Assembly: GCA_022826725.1 (NCBI GenBank)
Contig: JAJDUF010000006.1
Location: 85,519-149,518, forward strand
Reading direction: 5' to 3'
Length of the DNA: 64,000 nt
From: Chloroflexota bacterium
Lineage (GTDB): Bacteria > Chloroflexota > UBA11872 > UBA12225 > JAJDUF01
Each line of letters opens with the position of its first letter. The stretch's first letter is position 1. Shown one piece after another: positions 52,740 to 62,548 of this stretch. Both the position numbers and the translations under genes were made by a program. A model generated the notes under the pieces. It made no database searches, was not told the origin of the DNA, and was given only the letters and a program-made list of their open reading frames with translations.

Positions 52740-53426
52740 TCAGTCCTGACACGACCCGCGGCCGGATTGCCGCTCGGCCTCCCCCGGCACCGTCACCAGC
52801 GCGTGAAAGGAGGTCGCAAACAGTGGGTCGTCAATGCCGTTGTCAAGCCGAGCCAGCGGCTGCACAAGCGCCTTGAGTGCAAGGAGCATCGTCAGCACGA
52901 GCCAAGCCTGCGTGCGCTTCATGTGCCGTAGGGCGTGCCATAGCAAGTAGTCGAGCAGCACAAGCACCCCGCCGTTCGTGCCCATCTCCACAATGTCAAA
53001 GCCCGCCGCCGTGAGCAAGCGGGGAAAGCTCTGCCCGGTCCAGCGCCAGTAGTCGGCAGCGGCGTGCTCCATTTGCAGGAACGGTACTGCGACGTAGGCG
53101 TATCCACCGGGGCGCAGCGCTCGGCGTGCCTCGGACAGCACGACCGCCGGCCGCTCCACGTGCTCCAGCACGGCCACCAGCAGCACCCAGTCGGCGCAGC
53201 CGTCGGCTATCGGCAGCCGCTGGCCGTCTCCCCGCAAATGACTGGCGCGCCCGGACAGGTCGAGACCGTAGTAACGCGCGGTCGGCGGGAGGGCGAACTT
53301 GTCGCGGAAGGCGCCGCAGCCGATGTCGAGCACGACTCCGTCCAGCCCGGCCAGGAACCGCTCGTTGAAGTAGCTCGACCGATCATACTGCCGCGGCCAC
53401 AGTGCCCGCCTTACCCAGCTACGCAT
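52740..53426 (-). CDS. Class I SAM-dependent methyltransferase
   Basis: VVLDIGCGAF (motif I), ...DWVLLVAVLEHV..P...L.EARR.LRPGGY. Confidence 0.75.
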   Translation of the reverse strand: MRSWVRRALWPRQYDRSSYFNERFLAGLDGVVLDIGCGAFRDKFALPPTARYYGLDLSGRASHLRGDGQRLPIADGCADWVLLVAVLEHVERPAVVLSEARRALRPGGYAYVAVPFLQMEHAAADYWRWTGQSFPRLLTAAGFDIVEMGTNGGVLVLLDYLLWHALRHMKRTQAWLVLTMLLALKALVQPLARLDNGIDDPLFATSFHALVTVPGEAERQSGRGSCQD

Positions 53427-53505
53427 GTAGATGCTCTCCGCTGATACGGGGGACGTCTCACGTCATCCCTACCCGGTCAACCAACTCCTGACCACTAGCC
53501 ACTGA

Positions 53506-54699
53506 CTACTGACTGGCCGTGCGTGTCCAGAGGTCAATCAGCCGCTCTAGGAGCACCTCCGGCTGGAAGCGCTCCCGCACGTGGTCTCGGGCACGGCGCC
53601 CCATCGTCCGCGCCAGCCGGCCGCTGTCCAGTATGACATTGAGGCGGTCCGCCAGCGCGGCGTCGCCCCGGATGGGGACGATGAAACCGGACAGTGCCTC
53701 CTGAATGACATCCTCCGCACCGGCCACGTCGGTTGCTACCGTCGGGCGTTGCGCTGCTGCCGCCTCCAGTAAGACCAAGGCCGTTCCTTCATAGAGCGAC
53801 GAAAGCGCCAAGACGTCACAGGCACTGAAGTAGGCCACTACCGCCTGATGGTCCACGGCGCCCGCGAAGTGGACGTGGTCACCCAGCCGCAGCTTCGCGG
53901 CGTAGGCGCGGAGCGCCCGCTCCTGCGGCCCCTGCCCGACCAGCACAAACCTGGTCTGCGGTCGCTCCTTGACCACCCGCGCGGCGGCCTTCAGCAGCGT
54001 CTTCCCATCCTTCTGCGGCACCAGCCGCGCTACCCATAGCACCAAACGAGTGAAGCGCCCCGCCAGCAGCGCGTCCCGCAGTAGCCGGCCGTTGGGACTG
54101 ACGAATCGGGTCAGGTCCACCGGTACGGGTGCCACCGTCACCCGCTCCGGGGCAAGGCCGTAGCCGCACAGCTTGCGGTGCTCGCGCGTGGTGCCGACAC
54201 GCACCGTATCGGCGCGGCGGACGAGCCAGTGCGCCAGGACGTGTAGCGCGAGGTTGACCGGTCGCTCCAGCAGCCAGTACGGATTGTCCAAGATGTCGAA
54301 GTGAATCTGGAGGTTGAACGGCAGTCCGTGCCGCCGCGCGAGCAGCCAGCCGACCAAGCCGGTGAGGAACGGGTCTTGCGCCGTAATTACGTCAATCGGC
54401 GTGGTGCGTAACAACTCCTTGCCCAGCCGGTAGGCTGCCGCCGGATAGCGCCATCGTCCCGAAACGGCGAAGGGATACGACCATAGCCGCGGCCCTAGCT
54501 CCAGGCGGTCGTCGAGACGCCGGAGCGAGGCTCCCGCGTTCGAGCGCACCAGCACGTGCAGCCCGTCCAGGCGCTCCGCGTATTGGCGGTGCCGCGTCAG
54601 TGTGTCGCCGATGTTGACCCGGTCCGTGCCCGGTGATGCCGCCAATTGCTGGTCGAGACTCAGCGACAGCACCGCCGGCCCCCGGCTCGGAGCCGTCAT
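53506..54699 (-). CDS. Glycosyltransferase family 4
   Basis: ..LVLWVARLVPQKD..TLLKAA..V......RFVLVGQGP....L......L.LGD.V.F.G........Y...D.L.LSSLYEG...VLLEAAA...P.VATDV.G. is the GT4 E-x7-E region. Confidence 0.8.
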   Translation of the reverse strand: MTAPSRGPAVLSLSLDQQLAASPGTDRVNIGDTLTRHRQYAERLDGLHVLVRSNAGASLRRLDDRLELGPRLWSYPFAVSGRWRYPAAAYRLGKELLRTTPIDVITAQDPFLTGLVGWLLARRHGLPFNLQIHFDILDNPYWLLERPVNLALHVLAHWLVRRADTVRVGTTREHRKLCGYGLAPERVTVAPVPVDLTRFVSPNGRLLRDALLAGRFTRLVLWVARLVPQKDGKTLLKAAARVVKERPQTRFVLVGQGPQERALRAYAAKLRLGDHVHFAGAVDHQAVVAYFSACDVLALSSLYEGTALVLLEAAAAQRPTVATDVAGAEDVIQEALSGFIVPIRGDAALADRLNVILDSGRLARTMGRRARDHVRERFQPEVLLERLIDLWTRTASQ

Positions 54700-55790
54700 G
54701 GTCCGCTCCCGGCCACCGGTTGGTGCGTCTCACCGGCCAGCAGCGGCGCCAGACCGGCCGCAAAGTGGCGGGTCGTCAGGCCGGCCTCGATGGCCGCTCG
54801 TCCGGCTTGGCCGACGCGGCGCGCCAACTGCCGGTCGTCGAGCAGCCGCCGGAGCGCCGCCGCGAGTGTGGCCGCGTCGCCGGGTGGCACTGTCAGCGCC
54901 TCGCGTCCCGGCACGATGTAGTCGGCAAGCGCCCGCCGCTCACTCACGACGGCAGCACGACCCGTCGCCATGGCATCCAACAAGACCAGTGTCCCGGAGC
55001 AGTCGGAGCCGTGCGGCCAGCCGTCGCCGTGGGTGGGGACGGCAACGCACGCCGCTGCACGATACAGCTCCCGTAGCTTGGCCGGGGGCTGGTCCAGCAG
55101 CAGTTCCACATTGGCCGGGAGCTTCAGCCCGGCGACGTTGGCCCGGCTGGCAACAATCCGGACCGGAACGTCGAGCCGGGCCGCCGCACCGACCAGCGTG
55201 CCGTAGTCGCGGCCAGGATCGCGCCCGGCGGACAGAATGAAGGGCTGCCGACCGGTCGGCCGGTCGTCGGCCGGTGATACTGCCGTGTGGAAGCGGGCAT
55301 CCACCCCCGACCGCACTACCGGGAGCTCCCGGTGCGGTCGCCCGAGGCGTGTAGCGAGGTCGTCCGCCTGTGCTTGCGCCACGCAGACAATGCCGTCGGC
55401 GCCGCCCAATGCCCAGCGGAGCACGTGTTGCAACGGCGTTCGTCGGCGCAACAGCGTCGAGAGGGTCATGTTGAGCCAGAGCATCCGCGGCCGCTGCCAG
55501 CGCCGGAGACGCTTCACGAGGAGCAGTGGCCAACCGGCAATGAGCAGCGCCGCATCCGCCTGACGTAGCTGCCGCCAGGTGCGGAGCTGGAGCACGTCCG
55601 GGCCGAGCCGCCCAATCTGCTGGGCTGCCCACCGCCCCACCGCCGGATACGTCGGCTCCCACACCGTCGCCTGAATGCCGAACGCGGCGAGGTGGTTGTA
55701 GCCAAAGAGGAGCGTATCGGGCTGCTGCCCGGCACGCCACTGCTTGAGCAACGGCAGCTTGCGCTGTGAGAAGACGTAAAGCACGCGCAT
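54696..55790 (-). CDS. Glycosyltransferase family 4
   Basis: The start was set at MRVLYVFSQ (55790). The ORF track extension to 56060 would overlap the next gene. C-terminal GT-B motifs are present (ILSAGRD..RDY.TL..AA, ...GSDCSGTLVLLDAMATGRAVV). Confidence 0.7.
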   Translation of the reverse strand: MRVLYVFSQRKLPLLKQWRAGQQPDTLLFGYNHLAAFGIQATVWEPTYPAVGRWAAQQIGRLGPDVLQLRTWRQLRQADAALLIAGWPLLLVKRLRRWQRPRMLWLNMTLSTLLRRRTPLQHVLRWALGGADGIVCVAQAQADDLATRLGRPHRELPVVRSGVDARFHTAVSPADDRPTGRQPFILSAGRDPGRDYGTLVGAAARLDVPVRIVASRANVAGLKLPANVELLLDQPPAKLRELYRAAACVAVPTHGDGWPHGSDCSGTLVLLDAMATGRAAVVSERRALADYIVPGREALTVPPGDAATLAAALRRLLDDRQLARRVGQAGRAAIEAGLTTRHFAAGLAPLLAGETHQPVAGSGP

Positions 55791-55881
55791 CGAGCAATCA
55801 GCCTTCAGCATCGCCTCTCGTGCTGCACACACTCTATGCTCTCTGCGCTCCCCGTGGCTAAAACTGGTTTCCTTGCTGTCA

Positions 55882-56844
55882 TCACGCATTACCGCCGGGA
55901 AGCCACTGCGGATGGGTTGCGGCCAACTGGGCGCGAAACTGCTCGAAGGCAGCGTCGCCCGCGCACTCATACGGAGGGAGCAGCCGCAGCGGGAAGTCCG
56001 GCTGATGGAGTTTGCTGAAGAACTTGTCATAAGCGCCGTCCATGTGCGCCGTAGCGCCAACGGCCTGGTGCAACACGGTGCCCACCTCCCGTAGCTCCCC
56101 CATCATGCTCTCCAGCGCGGCCCTGTCCTGGGCGACGCCGGCCGCGTAGTAGCGGCGCATCCGGGCCAGGTTGGCGGTGGAGCTTGAAGCCAGCAATCCA
56201 CAAGGCCCGATCAGGCTGCCGGCGCCAAAGCCGAACTCGGTGAAGAAGTGGCGGATTTGCGGGACCAGCGTGAGCAGGCCGATCACTGTCCGTGGCTCGC
56301 CTGCCCCGTACTTGGTAGCAACGAGGTTGGGATGCCCGTCGGCCAGTGGGACGTACTCCTCTGCAGTGAGTAACCGCCCCGCCCGCGGCAGGTTGTAGTG
56401 GAGGAAGCGCAGCTCAGGAAACCGGCCACAGACCTCCCGGAAGAACGTGTGTAGCTCGCGGTCACTGAGGGTTCCCCAGCTAGGGAGCGAGATTTGGAAG
56501 GCCTCAAACCCCAGCGCAGCGGCGCGCTCGATCCGCTCGATAATCGTGGTGAGGGACAGGCTAATCACCCCGACCATCGGATGCACGTCGGGCGCGCGCG
56601 TCTCCTCGTGAAACACGCGCGTAATCTCGTCGAACTGCCGGTCGCTGACCGCATAGCCCTCGCCGGCGGTTCCGAAGACGTACAGGTGCTTCATGCCCTC
56701 CCCGAGTAGCCCGCGTACTCCAGCGCGGAACAGGTCCTCGTCCAAGGACCAGTCCGCTCGCCAGGGCACGCAGGCGGTACCCAGGATCGTGCGGGGGTAG
56801 CGGGACTCCGATTCGGTGTGGGCGGTTGTCTCTGTCTGTCTCAT
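55882..56844 (-). CDS. Dihydrodipicolinate synthase/N-acetylneuraminate lyase family (class I aldolase) protein
   Basis: ..GLLGEGMKHLYVFGTAGEGYAVSD.QF.EI......E.... ....GV....T...IER...A..LGF.A.Q...P. The Schiff-base Lys region is LVATKYG. Confidence 0.65.
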   Translation of the reverse strand: MRQTETTAHTESESRYPRTILGTACVPWRADWSLDEDLFRAGVRGLLGEGMKHLYVFGTAGEGYAVSDRQFDEITRVFHEETRAPDVHPMVGVISLSLTTIIERIERAAALGFEAFQISLPSWGTLSDRELHTFFREVCGRFPELRFLHYNLPRAGRLLTAEEYVPLADGHPNLVATKYGAGEPRTVIGLLTLVPQIRHFFTEFGFGAGSLIGPCGLLASSSTANLARMRRYYAAGVAQDRAALESMMGELREVGTVLHQAVGATAHMDGAYDKFFSKLHQPDFPLRLLPPYECAGDAAFEQFRAQLAATHPQWLPGGNA

Positions 56845-57023
56845 GGCTCTTTCCTGCCGGCTTCTGTCTCGTCACTGCGGCTTCCGCCGGCATGACGCGA
56901 AGGGGGGCATGAGTGACGGGACCATAGCACCATGCGTCAAGACGTGACCGCAGGTACACTCTAGGATGCTATCACTCCAGGGCCTCTGCCGGAGGGGTGG
57001 TGGCAGTTCCGATGAGGTGAAAT

Positions 57024-58427
57024 ATGGTTGCAGATGACGGTGCCGGCAGCGCACCACCAATTGCCGCTGGATCGTGTGCTACCGGCGCGGCACCGGCACT
57101 CAAAGGCCCCGTGCTCCGCACGGAGCTACCAGGCCCACGCGGGCGAGTGCTACTGGCCCTGTCCGCGGAGTACGAGCCGCACTCGATGACCGACCAAGTG
57201 CCGCTTGTCTGGCAGCGGGCCGAGCGTTGCTGGGTGGAGGACGCCGACGAGAACGTCTTCCTCGACTTCACCTCCGGCGTGGTGGTCGCCAACGCCGGGC
57301 ACTCGCACCCGCGGCTGGTGGCCGCCATGCGCGAGCAGGCCGATCAGGTGGTCAACTGCTACGATTTTCCGAGCGAGTGGCGTGTGCGGCTCGCGCAAAA
57401 GCTGGTCGAGATTACGCCGCCCAACCTGGACAAGGCCGTTATCTTGACGACGGGTGCCGAGACGACGGAAGCCGCGATCAAAATGGCGCGGCTGGCGACG
57501 GGGCGCTACGAGATCATCTCCTTCCACGGCGGGTTTCACGGCCGGACGTTCGGTGCCATGACCATCGGCGGACGCCGGCAAGGCGCCGGCACGCGCGGCT
57601 ACGGTCCGTTCCTGCCGGGCGTCGTCTTTGCGCCGTTCCCCTACTGCTATCGGTGCCCGTTCGGCAGCACGCCGGACTCGTGCCGGTTGCACGGCACCGA
57701 CTATCTCGATTGGCTCGTCGAGACGGAGACCGAGGGCCGGGTTGCGGCGGTCATTACCGAGACCTACCAAGGTGCCGCCGGTTCGGTAATGGCACCTCCC
57801 GGCTGGTTCCCGAAGCTGGCGCAATGGTGCCGCGACCGCGACATCCTGCTCATCATTGACGAGGTACAAGCGTCGTTCGGCCGGACCGGCAAGCTCTTCT
57901 GCTACGAGCACTACGACGTTGTGCCCAACATCCTCTGCCTGGGCAAAGGCATTTCCAGCTCCGTTCCGCTCTCTGCCGTTGTGGCCGAGTCGCGGATAAT
58001 GGATGCGCTGAGTCCCGGCTCGATGGGCAGCACACACGGCGGCAATGCGTTCTGCTCGCGGGTAGCACTGGAAAATATCGAGGTCATCATCGGCGAGCGG
58101 CTTTCGGAGAACGCAGCGGCGCTGAGTGGGCTGTTCAATCGTCGGTTGCAGCAAATGGTCGAGCGGTGGGACTGCGTCGGCGAGGCGCGTGGCCTCGGTT
58201 TGGCTTGGGGGCTGGAGTTCGTCCGCGATAAAACCTCGTGCGAGCCGGTGCCGGATGCCACGCGAGCGATCATCGAGGCGGCCTACCGGCGCGGCCTGCT
58301 CCTGATCGCGCCCATTGGTTTCTACGGCAACGTCATCCGCATCTCGCCACCGTTAGTTATCACGGAAGAGGAAGCGACGGTCGGGCTGGACCTGCTCGAA
58401 GCGGCTATCGCCGAGGTAGTAGGGTAG
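57024..58427 (+). CDS. Class III PLP-dependent aminotransferase (GABA/ornithine aminotransferase-like)
   Basis: LPGPRG....L......FLDFTSGVVVANAGHSHP.LV.AM..Q......TTGAE..E.A.K.AR...GFHGRT....DEVQASFGRTGKLF....PNILCLGKGISS. Confidence 0.85.
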   Translation: MVADDGAGSAPPIAAGSCATGAAPALKGPVLRTELPGPRGRVLLALSAEYEPHSMTDQVPLVWQRAERCWVEDADENVFLDFTSGVVVANAGHSHPRLVAAMREQADQVVNCYDFPSEWRVRLAQKLVEITPPNLDKAVILTTGAETTEAAIKMARLATGRYEIISFHGGFHGRTFGAMTIGGRRQGAGTRGYGPFLPGVVFAPFPYCYRCPFGSTPDSCRLHGTDYLDWLVETETEGRVAAVITETYQGAAGSVMAPPGWFPKLAQWCRDRDILLIIDEVQASFGRTGKLFCYEHYDVVPNILCLGKGISSSVPLSAVVAESRIMDALSPGSMGSTHGGNAFCSRVALENIEVIIGERLSENAAALSGLFNRRLQQMVERWDCVGEARGLGLAWGLEFVRDKTSCEPVPDATRAIIEAAYRRGLLLIAPIGFYGNVIRISPPLVITEEEATVGLDLLEAAIAEVVG

Positions 58428-58558
58428 AGGCATAAGTCCACCACGGCAGAGGCCGCTCCGGCGGTTACCCGGCCCATTTCGGACCAGAATAGCCTCAGGG
58501 CAGCACGTCGCGCTTTGTAAGGAAGCCGGTCCCCGCGAACACAGCGGCACTCCGTACC

Positions 58559-59458
58559 TTGGAATGGGCTATGAGTGAGTCGCGGCCGAGTATCTCGGCC
58601 TTCTTCCCTTGCTACAACGACGGCGGCACCATCGCCTCGATGGTCATCGAGATGATGCGGGTGCTCCGCGAGCTGACCGACGACTACGAGGTCATCGTCG
58701 TCGAGAACGGTAGCACCGACTACACCAACGACATCCTCGACGAGCTGGAAACACTTTACGCGGCGGGCGCCGACGCCGGAGCCACGCGATTGGATGAGCG
58801 GCTGCGGCGTAGCTCCGTCACGGCGGACGGACGGCTGCGGATCATGCGGTACGAACAGCCTCTCGGATACGGCGGGGCGCTGCGCGTCGGCTTCGCGTCG
58901 GCTAGTAAGGAGCTTATCTTCTATACCGACGGTGACGCCCAATACGACGTGCGGGAACTGCGCGTGCTGGCACCCCGCATGGTAGACGGGGTGGATTTGG
59001 TGATGGGGAACAAGATCACCCGCCACGATCCTCTCCACCGCATCATCATCGGGCGGCTCTATCATCACCTGGTCCGGCTGCTCTTCAGCCTGCGTATTCA
59101 TGACACCGACTGCGACTTCCGACTGCTGCGCCGATCCATCTTCGACCGCGTGACCTTGACGCAGGACAGCGGCGTTATATGCCTGGAGTTGATGCGGCGG
59201 GTACAGGATGCCGGCTTTTCCACCGTCGAAGTGCCGGTCCACCACTACCACCGTGCCTACGGCGTCTCGCAGTTCTTCAACTTCCGCCGCCTTTGGGCGG
59301 TCGGTGTCGGCATCCTTGTGCTCTGGTGGCGGCTGGTCATCCAGGGCGAGGGCAAGCGAGCGGCTCCGCAGCCCCCGGCTCCCGCTCCACTCGGAGAGCG
59401 CGGGCAGCGGCCAGCGGCGGATACCGGCGGCGCGAAAGAGGGCGCTGGGGAGCGCTGA
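58559..59458 (+). CDS. Glycosyltransferase family 2 (polyprenol-phosphate sugar transferase-like)
   Basis: ISAFFPCYNDGGTI...YEVIVVENGSTD.T...L....... ....GYGGALR.GF.......I.YTDGDAQYD. The start is ATG 58559 or 58571. Confidence 0.8.
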   Translation: MEWAMSESRPSISAFFPCYNDGGTIASMVIEMMRVLRELTDDYEVIVVENGSTDYTNDILDELETLYAAGADAGATRLDERLRRSSVTADGRLRIMRYEQPLGYGGALRVGFASASKELIFYTDGDAQYDVRELRVLAPRMVDGVDLVMGNKITRHDPLHRIIIGRLYHHLVRLLFSLRIHDTDCDFRLLRRSIFDRVTLTQDSGVICLELMRRVQDAGFSTVEVPVHHYHRAYGVSQFFNFRRLWAVGVGILVLWWRLVIQGEGKRAAPQPPAPAPLGERGQRPAADTGGAKEGAGER

Positions 59459-59472
59459 TCGTTTAGAGGTTT

Positions 59473-60498
59473 ATGGGTAACGCGGACCTGGCACACCACT
59501 TCGCCGGCCGGCGCGTGCTCGTCACCGGGGGCCTCGGCTTTATCGGCAGCAATTTGGCGCGGCGGCTCGTCAGGCTTGGCGCACAGGTGGTGCTCGTGGA
59601 CGCCATGATCCCGCATCACGGCGGGAACTACTTCAATGTAGATGACGTGCGCGACCGGCTCACCATTGTCGAAGCGGACATCCGCGATCAGCCCCGCCTC
59701 AGCTCTCTGGTGCACGAGCAGGACATGGTCTTCAACTTGGCCGGCCAAGTGGCCCACATAGATAGCATGAACGACCCCTTCATGGACCTGGAGATCAACT
59801 GCCGGGCACAGCTGGCGCTCATGGAGGCCTGTCGGTGGCACAACCCCACAGTCAAGGTAGTGTATGCCAGCACCCGGCAGGTCTATGGACGGCCGGAATA
59901 CGTGCCGGCCGATGAGCGCCATCCCACCCGGCCAACCGACGTCAACGGGATCAACAAGATCGCCGGCGAGCGCTACCACATCCTCTATCACGAGGTCTAC
60001 GGCATTCGTGCTGCTGCGCTTCGGCTGACGAATACCTACGGGCCGCGGCAGGCGCTCCGGCTCGGACCGCGGCAGGCTTTTATTCCCTACTGGCTGCGGC
60101 TCGCCATCGAGGACCAGGAGATCGAGGTCTGGGGAGACGGTCGCCAACTGCGCGACTTGACCTACGTTGATGACGTAGTGGAAGCGTTCCTGCTCGCTGC
60201 TGCCAGCGATGCCGCCGACGGTGAAGTCTTCAACGTCGGGGGGCAGCAGCCGATCAGTCTGCGCGACTTGGCCGAACTGATCGTGCGGGTGGCCGGCAGT
60301 GGTCGGGTAGTCTACCGCGCATTTCCGGACGAGCGGAAGCGCATTGACGTGGGGAGTGTCTATCTCGAATCCGGCAAGATCGCGCGAGCGCTCGGCTGGC
60401 AGCCACAAGTGGACGTCGCCGAGGGGGTACGCCGCACGATTGCCTATTTCCGGGAGTATCGGGCGCAGTACCTGCCCGCCGACGCTGCACAACCGTAG
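59473..60498 (+). CDS. Extended-SDR NAD-dependent epimerase/dehydratase family protein (catalytic Tyr position occupied by Asn)
   Basis: RVLVTGGLGFIGSNLARRLV (GxxGxxG), VFNLAGQV and VYASTRQVYG. PTDVNGINKIAGE aligns to the usual PxSPYGxSKxxxE motif, giving N-x3-K instead of Y-x3-K. Confidence 0.75.
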   Translation: MGNADLAHHFAGRRVLVTGGLGFIGSNLARRLVRLGAQVVLVDAMIPHHGGNYFNVDDVRDRLTIVEADIRDQPRLSSLVHEQDMVFNLAGQVAHIDSMNDPFMDLEINCRAQLALMEACRWHNPTVKVVYASTRQVYGRPEYVPADERHPTRPTDVNGINKIAGERYHILYHEVYGIRAAALRLTNTYGPRQALRLGPRQAFIPYWLRLAIEDQEIEVWGDGRQLRDLTYVDDVVEAFLLAAASDAADGEVFNVGGQQPISLRDLAELIVRVAGSGRVVYRAFPDERKRIDVGSVYLESGKIARALGWQPQVDVAEGVRRTIAYFREYRAQYLPADAAQP

Positions 60499-60607
60499 CC
60501 CTCATTGGAGGAGGCTGGCCCCCTGTGGTCTCCCCGCGCGGCGGGGGGACGGGCATAAGGGGACACGACGACAGTGGCCTAGAGCACACATACCAAGGAC
60601 AAAGCGA

Positions 60608-61732
60608 GTGAACCGCGAAATCCCGTTCTTCTTGACCAAGCCGCAATACCTCACCATCAAGGATGAGTTGGATGCGGCGGTGCAGCGCGTCTTGGATACG
60701 AGCTTCTTCGTGCTCGGACAGGAGCTTACGGCGTTCGAGGCGGCCTGGGCCGACTATTTGGGCGTCGCGCGGGCCGTCGGCGTCGGCTCCGGCACCGAGG
60801 CGATTCACCTGGCGCTCCGGGTGCTGGACATCGGGCCGGGTGACGAGGTGCTGACCGTCTCGCACACCGCCGTGGCGACGACCGTGGCGATCTCCTCGAC
60901 GGGTGCCACCCCGGTCTTCGTGGACATTGACCCGCACACGTACACGATGGATTGCACAGACCTGGAGCGGCGGATTACGCCACGCAGCAAGGCCATCGTC
61001 CCCGTCCACCTCTACGGCCACCCGGCGGAGATGGACCGCGTCCTTCCGCTGGCCGAGCACCACGGCCTGGTCGTGGTAGAGGACGCCGCGCAGGCGCATG
61101 GGGCAGCCTATCGCGGCCGCCGCTGTGGCACACTCGGCGCTGCGGGTGCCTTTAGCTTCTACCCCACGAAGAACCTCGGCGCTTATGGCGACGGCGGCGC
61201 GGTGATCACGAACGATACGGCGCTGGCGGAGCGGTTGGTGCTGCTGCGGAACTACGGCTGGAGCGAGCGCTACTACAGCGCGATCAAAGGTTACAACTCT
61301 CGCCTCGACGAGCTTCAGGCAGCCGTCCTGGGCGCAAAGTTGCCCTATCTGGATAGCTGGAACGCCCGACGACGACGATTGGCCGCCCTCTATACCGCAA
61401 CATTGGCCGGTGACGCCGGGGAGAGCACAATCCGAGTACCTACCGAGGCCGCGTGGGCAGCGCATACCTACCATCTCTACGTCGTGCGCGTACCGGAGCG
61501 CGACCGGGTGCAGGCCGGGCTACGCGAGCGCGGCATCGCCACGCAAGTACACTACCCGGTGCCGGTGCATTTGCAGGAGGCCTATCGGGATCTCGGCTAC
61601 GTGTCCGGCAGCCTCCCGCACACCGAGCAAGCGGCTGCGGAAATCTTGTCGCTCCCGCTGTACCCGGAGCTGACTGACGACGACGTGCAGTACGTTGCTG
61701 CGGCGCTCCGCGAAACCGTTGCCGGTCTGTAG
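60608..61732 (+). CDS. DegT/DnrJ/EryC1/StrS-family sugar aminotransferase
   Basis: FVLGQELTAFE.AWADYLGV..AVGVGSGTEAIHLALR...GD.V.T.SHT.VAT......GA.PVFVD....FSFYPTKNLGAYGDGGAV.TND. The start was set at GTG 60608. Confidence 0.85.
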   Translation: MNREIPFFLTKPQYLTIKDELDAAVQRVLDTSFFVLGQELTAFEAAWADYLGVARAVGVGSGTEAIHLALRVLDIGPGDEVLTVSHTAVATTVAISSTGATPVFVDIDPHTYTMDCTDLERRITPRSKAIVPVHLYGHPAEMDRVLPLAEHHGLVVVEDAAQAHGAAYRGRRCGTLGAAGAFSFYPTKNLGAYGDGGAVITNDTALAERLVLLRNYGWSERYYSAIKGYNSRLDELQAAVLGAKLPYLDSWNARRRRLAALYTATLAGDAGESTIRVPTEAAWAAHTYHLYVVRVPERDRVQAGLRERGIATQVHYPVPVHLQEAYRDLGYVSGSLPHTEQAAAEILSLPLYPELTDDDVQYVAAALRETVAGL

Positions 61733-61741
61733 TGCGGAACT

Positions 61742-61769
61742 GAAGGCTGAAGGCTGATAGCTGATAGCT
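61742..61769 (+). repeat. Short tandem heptamers (GAAGGCT)x2(GATAGCT)x2
   Basis: gaaggctgaaggctgatagctgatagct lies in the 41-nt spacer between the DegT gene and the methyltransferase gene. Confidence 0.8.
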
Positions 61770-61773
61770 ACCC

Positions 61774-62517
61774 ATGAACCGCGACGAGTACGCGCGCCTC
61801 TACCGGCTCGAAGACCGGCTCTGGTGGTTCGTAGGCATGCGCCGGATCGCCGAGGCGCTCCTCCTGCCCGGCCTCGCCGCTGACCCGCTCCGCATCCTCG
61901 ACGCCGGCTGCGGCACCGGCGGTGCCCTGCGTTGGCTCGCGCCGTATGGCCGGGTGTGGGGCGTGGACCGCTCAACGGATGCGCTCGCCTACTGCCGGCG
62001 GCGGCGGCTGACGCGGGTCTGTCAGGCCTCCCTGCTGGCGCTGCCGTATCCCGACGCCGCGTTCGACCTCGTCACCGGTTTCGACGTGCTCTACCATCAC
62101 GGCGTGTCCGACGACGTGGTGGCGCTCCGGGAGTTACGTCGAGTAGTGCGCCCGGGCGGTTGGGGACTGGTGCGTGTGCCGGCCCTACCGGCGCTGTGGA
62201 GCACGCACGATGAGGCCGTACACGCTCGACAGCGGTACTGGCTCGGTGAGCTACGGGCCAAAGCCGAGCAGGCCCACTGGGAGGTGGTCCGCGGCACCTA
62301 TGCCAATACCCTGCTGCTGCCGGTTGCCGCGGCTGCCCGCTGGGCCAAGGCGGCCCGCCGGGCAGCCGGCGGCTACAACGGAGAGTCGGAAGTGCAGGAG
62401 GTGCCCGGTCTGGCCAATGCGGCGTTGACTGCAATCTTGTGGTTGGAAGCACAATGGCTGCGGCGGGCCGACCTGCCGCTGGGCCTGTCCGCCCTCGTGC
62501 TGCTGCGGGCGCGCTGA
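61774..62517 (+). CDS. Class I SAM-dependent methyltransferase
   Basis: RILDAGCGTGG (motif I), ..FDLVTGFDVLYH..... ....LRE..RV.RPGG. Confidence 0.75.
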   Translation: MNRDEYARLYRLEDRLWWFVGMRRIAEALLLPGLAADPLRILDAGCGTGGALRWLAPYGRVWGVDRSTDALAYCRRRRLTRVCQASLLALPYPDAAFDLVTGFDVLYHHGVSDDVVALRELRRVVRPGGWGLVRVPALPALWSTHDEAVHARQRYWLGELRAKAEQAHWEVVRGTYANTLLLPVAAAARWAKAARRAAGGYNGESEVQEVPGLANAALTAILWLEAQWLRRADLPLGLSALVLLRAR

Positions 62518-62548
62518 TCGCACCGTCGGGCACGGCCGCCGGCTGCGC

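Noticed and set aside
61742-61769. Tandem heptamers (GAAGGCT)2(GATAGCT)2 as a regulatory or phase-variable element
   Set aside because: There are only two copies of each unit in a 41-nt spacer. That is too short to argue for slippage-based regulation without population data. It is recorded as a repeat feature only.
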